Positions 58,381 to 64,000 of a DNA stretch of 64,000 nucleotides are shown here, one piece after another. Origin of the DNA: Kosmotogaceae bacterium UBA1373. GTDB taxonomy: Bacteria > Thermotogota > Thermotogae > Petrotogales > Kosmotogaceae. The number at the start of each line of letters is the position of its first letter. Within the stretch, counting starts at the first letter, position 1. The stretch lies in the NCBI GenBank assembly GCA_002305955.1, contig DBRH01000012.1, positions 27,870 to 91,869 on the forward strand, written 5' to 3'. The notes under the pieces are model-generated. The model made no database searches. It saw nothing but the letters and a program-made list of their open reading frames with translations, and had not been told where the DNA came from. Position numbers and translations under genes: made by a program.

Positions 58381-59851
58381 CTCTTTTTCTTATCTTCATC
58401 TTGTATATTAACCCCAGTATCTGTAGAGCGATAATGGGTGTCATTGCAACCATGGATATAAGACCGAAGGCATCCAGGAGAATGTTCGCTCCGTCAACGG
58501 CTCTGACGGCGCCTTGAGCAAAAGCGAGAACAAACGTTCCTATCATCGGACCAGAAGCAACACCTCCCGCATCGAAAGCTATTCCGACGAAAAGCTTCGG
58601 AGAGAAAAATGAGAGGAATATGGAAATCACATAGCCCGGAAGAAGAAAATGCCACAGCTGGATGCCTGGGACCACGATTCTCACCATGGAAAAGCCAACT
58701 GCCAGACTGACGCCCGCCGAAAGGGCGACAAGGACTATTCTTCTCTTCACGGCGCCGCTTGTAACATCCTCTATCTGATGAGTGAGGACGTAAACCGAAG
58801 GTTCTGCGAGGATTGTCACAAGGCCCAGGATGAAGCCGACGATTACAACAAATGCCTTGTTGCCCGTCGATGCTATTCCGTATCCGATTTCTCTGCCAAC
58901 ATCCATGAACCCGGCATTGACCCCGACCAGGAAAATCACCATACCAAGAAAAGTGAAGAACAGTCCGAACGTTATCTGTCTCACCGATCTCCTGGATAAC
59001 CTCAAGGAGGTCAGCTGAAGCAGCAAGAAAGTCAACAGTATGGGCAGCAACGAAAGCAGTACTTCTCTGGCAATACCGGGTACCGGCCCGAAGAAGTATC
59101 CCAGAATCGCAGTTGATTCTGATACGAGGTAATCCGGGGCAGATTCCATGCTGGTATTGTTGGATACTATACCGATAAGCAGTACTGAGATGATCGTTCC
59201 GGCGGAGGCAACTCCCAGGAGTCCAAAGCTGTCGTTTTCAGACGATCTACTGTCTCTTTTGAGTATAGAAATACCTAATGCAAGCGTGAGAATGAAGGGT
59301 ACGGTCATTGCCCCGGTAGTGGCTCCAGAAGCATCAAAGGAGATCGCCAGGAACTCTCCCGAAGAGAAGAGCGAAAGAACGAGTATTATTCCATAAAACA
59401 CAGTCATCAGTTTTTGCAGAGCGACGTTATAGACGATTCTCACAAGTCCAAAAGCGAGAAAGACTGCAATACCAATTGATGCGGTGATCACGATGCTCCC
59501 GCTAGAAAGCAAGCCTGAAGACACTAGCTCGACTTGAGAGGCATGAATGTGTAAGGCCGGTTCGGCAATCGATATGAAGAAGCCAAGTACAAACCCCAAA
59601 GCGGCTATAATCCATACCTTGTTTGTCTTGGCGATGAAATTACCCATGAAGTGCCCGATTGGGCTTATTCCTATGCTGACTCCGAAAAGAAATAAAGACA
59701 TCCCGACAACGATCAAGAAAGAACCTATAACAAATCTAATTATGAGCCACCAACTCAATGAGACGAACAGGAAGTTCAGTACCAGAACCAGTACTGCAAT
59801 CGGGATAACGGAAAACAGAACTTCCTTAAGCTTCTCGGTGAGTAAACTCAA
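58346..59851 (-). CDS. DUF1538-family polytopic membrane protein (duplicated domain)
   Basis: 501 aa, two homologous multi-TM halves. TTG start with an AGGAGA RBS. The family call is from memory of the DUF1538/P-II gene pairing. Confidence 0.65.
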   Translation of the reverse strand: MSLLTEKLKEVLFSVIPIAVLVLVLNFLFVSLSWWLIIRFVIGSFLIVVGMSLFLFGVSIGISPIGHFMGNFIAKTNKVWIIAALGFVLGFFISIAEPALHIHASQVELVSSGLLSSGSIVITASIGIAVFLAFGLVRIVYNVALQKLMTVFYGIILVLSLFSSGEFLAISFDASGATTGAMTVPFILTLALGISILKRDSRSSENDSFGLLGVASAGTIISVLLIGIVSNNTSMESAPDYLVSESTAILGYFFGPVPGIAREVLLSLLPILLTFLLLQLTSLRLSRRSVRQITFGLFFTFLGMVIFLVGVNAGFMDVGREIGYGIASTGNKAFVVIVGFILGLVTILAEPSVYVLTHQIEDVTSGAVKRRIVLVALSAGVSLAVGFSMVRIVVPGIQLWHFLLPGYVISIFLSFFSPKLFVGIAFDAGGVASGPMIGTFVLAFAQGAVRAVDGANILLDAFGLISMVAMTPIIALQILGLIYKMKIRKRGVESSDDSRES

Positions 59852-60001
59852 AGTTAGTCTCCTAATTCTTCGAATACGGTACTATTCTAATTGGGCGGAC
59901 ATTATCCTTCCAAAGACCCGTCCGGCTCTGACGTGTTGTAGGTTTATTCGGGATTCCCGTCATTCGAAAACTAAAGGTTCTTTGTTGAAGTTGTTGGCTC
60001 A

Positions 60002-60030
60002 ATTATACCTTTTCGATCCTTTTTTGTGGA
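60002..60030 (-). promoter_or_regulatory. possible sigma70 promoter of the DUF1538/P-II operon
   Basis: Minus strand: TCCACA, 17 nt, TATAAT. This would give a leader of about 140 nt. Confidence 0.3.
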
Positions 60031-60082
60031 CAGAAATTTCCGATTAACGCATGAAGAGAATTGGCACTTTGACTTAGCAAAA

Positions 60083-60112
60083 GAGCTGTCCTTGGAAGAG
60101 CCGTCCTTGGAA
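60083..60112. repeat. 2 x 15-bp tandem direct repeat
   Basis: GAGCTGTCCTTGGAA / GAGCCGTCCTTGGAA (14/15 identical), between the groEL terminator and the DUF1538 promoter. Confidence 0.8.
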
Positions 60113-60149
60113 AGAACAGAAGAGTGGTTCTTCGAAACGTATAAGTTGG

Positions 60150-60177
60150 AAAAAAAGGGAGAGCAACGCCCTCCCTT
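60150..60177 (-). terminator. intrinsic terminator of groESL
   Basis: Minus strand: AAGGGAG-GGCGTTGCT-CTCCCTT followed by TTTTTTT, 30 nt after the groEL stop. Confidence 0.8.
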
Positions 60178-60206
60178 ATTTTATGAGTATCGCTTTTCTA
60201 TTTCTA

Positions 60207-62112
<1,906 letters not shown>

Positions 62113-62140
62113 CTAAAAAGCCTCCTTCCAATCTGTATAG

Positions 62141-62167
62141 TTAGCACTCGATATATGAGTTTGCTAA
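62141..62167. promoter_or_regulatory. CIRCE operator of groESL
   Basis: TTAGCACTC-N9-GTTTGCTAA (two mismatches in the right arm). Confidence 0.8.
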
Positions 62168-62170
62168 TTA

Positions 62171-62199
62171 ATGATAAAACAACATCACGATTTATTCAA
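62171..62199 (-). promoter_or_regulatory. sigma70-type promoter of groESL
   Basis: Minus strand: TTGAAT, 17 nt, TATCAT, then CIRCE 3 nt later. The geometry is the same as at hrcA. Confidence 0.6.
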
Positions 62200-62291
62200 G
62201 CACCTTTTTTGTTAAATGATGTTGACCAGAGAAGATTATACATCTATAGAGACAATTATTCCAGCAAATCTCGTTATTTCTCGCTTTATAA

Positions 62292-62327
62292 ATAAAAAAT
62301 GGCAGGAAATCTCTAGATCCTGCCATT
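62292..62327 (-). terminator. intrinsic terminator after pyk
   Basis: Minus strand: AATGGCAGGA-TCTAGAGATT-TCCTGCCATT followed by TTTTTA. Confidence 0.8.
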
Positions 62328-62340
62328 CAAAGATTTTCTC

Positions 62341-63759
62341 TCAAGTTTTTTCCAGTTTTAAGATGTTGGTGGATCTGCTGGTTCCAAAGGGAATACCGGC
62401 GGTGAGGATTATAGTATCGCCTTTCTTGACGAGCTTGAGCTTTTTTGCCAGTGGCCCGGCGACCTTTACTAGATCGTCTGTCGATTCTCCCAGGCCCATC
62501 AGCACCGGATGAGCTCCCCAGATCAAGCCCAGTCTGAAGTAAGTTTCTTCATTAGGTGTAATGGCAAGAATATGAGCCCTTGGCCTGAAACCAGATACGT
62601 TTCTCGCGGTATGGCCGGAGAAAGTTGAGCTGACAATAACTTTCACTTTCAGCGCTTCGCTTATGTCCCAGGCGGCCCTGCAGATAGCATCGGTGTGATC
62701 GTCGGTCAGGACTTTTTCGCGCGTCCACCATAGTATGTCGGGATTCTGGTTAAGATATCTCTCCGTTGCCCTGGCGGTAAGATCCATAACCGCGACCGCT
62801 TCGAGCGGATGTTTCCCTATCGATGTCTCCCCCGAAAGCATTACAGCATCGCTTCCATCTACGATAGCGTTGGTTATGTCGGTCGTTTCGGCTCTGGTGG
62901 GCACGGGGTTCTCTATCATCGATTCGAGCATCTGTGTTGCCGTGATCACCGGTATTCTGTTGTAATTTCCGAATTTTATTATCTTTTTCTGAGCGACCGG
63001 TACTTCTTCGACCGGTATTTCGACCCCGAGATCGCCCCTGGCAACCATCAGGCCGTCGGAAACGGCGGCGATTTCTTCGATGCTCTTTAGTGCCTGCGCC
63101 GTTTCTATTTTCGAGATGATCGGTATGGAACCATGGCTATCGGTCACGATTTCACGGGCCAGGATAACGTCCTCCGCCTTTCTTACGAAAGAGAGGGCGA
63201 AGTAATCGACTCCTTCTTCGATGCCCAGCTTTATGAACCTTCTGTCTTTATCTGTGACCGCAGGAATTCCGATGTCGATTCCCGGAAGGTTTATACCTCT
63301 TCTGTGAGTGACGATGCCTCCGTTGACGATCTTCGTTAGAATGTGGTTTTCGTCCGTAGAAAAGACCTTCAGCTTTATTTTGCCGTCGTCCATCAATATC
63401 ATGTGTCCGGGTTTGACTTCACCTGGCAGACGATCGTAGTTTATGCTCACCGCGTTTTCATCGCCCTCGATAGCCGAGGTTGTCAGGAGAAAGTCCCTAC
63501 CGGAAAGGAGCTCGACTCTCTCTCTTTTGAAGGAACCGGTTCTTATCTTGGGTCCGGAAAGATCCAGAAGCAGCGACAGAGGGACTTTCAGAGAGTTGCG
63601 GACCTCCTTGATTCTACGAATCCGCTCTCTGTGTTCCTCCAGGTCTCCGTGTGTCGTGTTCAGTCTGGCAACGTTCATTCCCCTGAAAACGAGTTTTGTC
63701 AGCATCTCCGGGGATTCCGTTGCCGGACCGATTGTACAGACTATCTTCGTTTTTCTCAT
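62341..63759 (-). CDS. pyk: pyruvate kinase
   Basis: 472 aa. MRKTKIVCTIGPA, MVARGDLGVEIP and ATQMLESM motifs. Confidence 0.95.
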   Translation of the reverse strand: MRKTKIVCTIGPATESPEMLTKLVFRGMNVARLNTTHGDLEEHRERIRRIKEVRNSLKVPLSLLLDLSGPKIRTGSFKRERVELLSGRDFLLTTSAIEGDENAVSINYDRLPGEVKPGHMILMDDGKIKLKVFSTDENHILTKIVNGGIVTHRRGINLPGIDIGIPAVTDKDRRFIKLGIEEGVDYFALSFVRKAEDVILAREIVTDSHGSIPIISKIETAQALKSIEEIAAVSDGLMVARGDLGVEIPVEEVPVAQKKIIKFGNYNRIPVITATQMLESMIENPVPTRAETTDITNAIVDGSDAVMLSGETSIGKHPLEAVAVMDLTARATERYLNQNPDILWWTREKVLTDDHTDAICRAAWDISEALKVKVIVSSTFSGHTARNVSGFRPRAHILAITPNEETYFRLGLIWGAHPVLMGLGESTDDLVKVAGPLAKKLKLVKKGDTIILTAGIPFGTSRSTNILKLEKT

Positions 63760-63768
63760 TTCGCACCT

Positions 63769-64000
63769 TTAAGATAGAATTTTGGCCATCTCGACCAGTT
63801 CCATATCGATCGTTTTCTTTTGAGAAAGGATCTTTTCAAGCGAAACTCTGACCATTCTTCCTCCCTGAAGAGCGATCATAGTGCCGGCCTCGCTCTCCTC
63901 CAGAGCCTTTATGGAGGCGTAACCCATTCTAGATGCTAGAACCCTGTCGAAGGCCGTTGGCGATCCCCCGCGCTGGATATGTCCCAGAATGGTAATTCTG
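63769..64000 (-). CDS. pfkA: ATP-dependent 6-phosphofructokinase, C-terminal fragment (5' end outside window)
   Basis: I translated the minus strand by hand: ...[25 protein letters not shown]...MAKILS, with the stop at 63769-63771. It lies 9 nt upstream of the pyk start. Confidence 0.85.
   Translation of the reverse strand, partial: RITILGHIQRGGSPTAFDRVLASRMGYASIKALEESEAGTMIALQGGRMVRVSLEKILSQKKTIDMELVEMAKILS

Noticed and set aside
59946-59966. The leader segment CGAATGACGGGAATCCCGAAT (minus strand) shares ATGACGGGAA...TCCCG..GAAT with the riboswitch-like core at 57496-57525.
   Set aside because: The exact match is only a 10-mer plus short flanks with two indels. The expected chance occurrence between the two regions is not negligible (about 0.2), and the element is nearly self-palindromic. 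I note it but do not use it as evidence.
60062-60079. TGGCACTTTGACTTAGCA looked like a sigma-54 -24/-12 promoter.
   Set aside because: The GG-to-GC spacing is 3 nt too long. It is also on the + strand, pointing into the groEL terminator and antisense groEL, with no gene to serve.

Overview
Dense, mostly housekeeping bacterial chromosome segment of about 61 protein genes and 2 tRNAs. I found no rRNA, CRISPR array, transposase or integrase. Gene content and order look Thermotogota-like, but that is an inference I could not verify. In window order the blocks are: an RND/MMPL exporter; gdhA; tRNA-Arg; psuG; tRNA-Met(CAT); mnmG; an OadA/5S-type carboxyltransferase; malEFG (MalG carries an insertion of about 640 aa); hrcA-grpE-dnaJ-yitT-tsaB (CIRCE-controlled, no dnaK); murE-murF-mraY-murD-ftsW-murG-murC; a radical-SAM/M42 peptidase pair; a methylmalonyl-CoA cluster (mutase, B12 subunit, MeaB, epimerase, carboxyltransferase, OadG-like, BCCP); sprT-like; a small ORF coupled to dinB behind a perfect 36-bp palindrome; mgsA; nnr-rpoN-thiN-yfcE; ylxQ-infB; groES-groEL (CIRCE); and pfkA-pyk. 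The least ordinary part is 51.3-60.2 kb. It holds a six-gene, translationally coupled operon: a polytopic membrane protein, a MoxR-like AAA+ ATPase, a VWA/HExxH protein, two orphan proteins and a DUF457 protein. Next to it lies a roughly 450-bp helix-rich noncoding region whose + strand resembles a degenerate cobalamin-riboswitch core. Beyond that is a DUF1538/tandem-PII operon bracketed by related inverted repeats. All family assignments come from motif recognition by eye. No database search or folding program was run.
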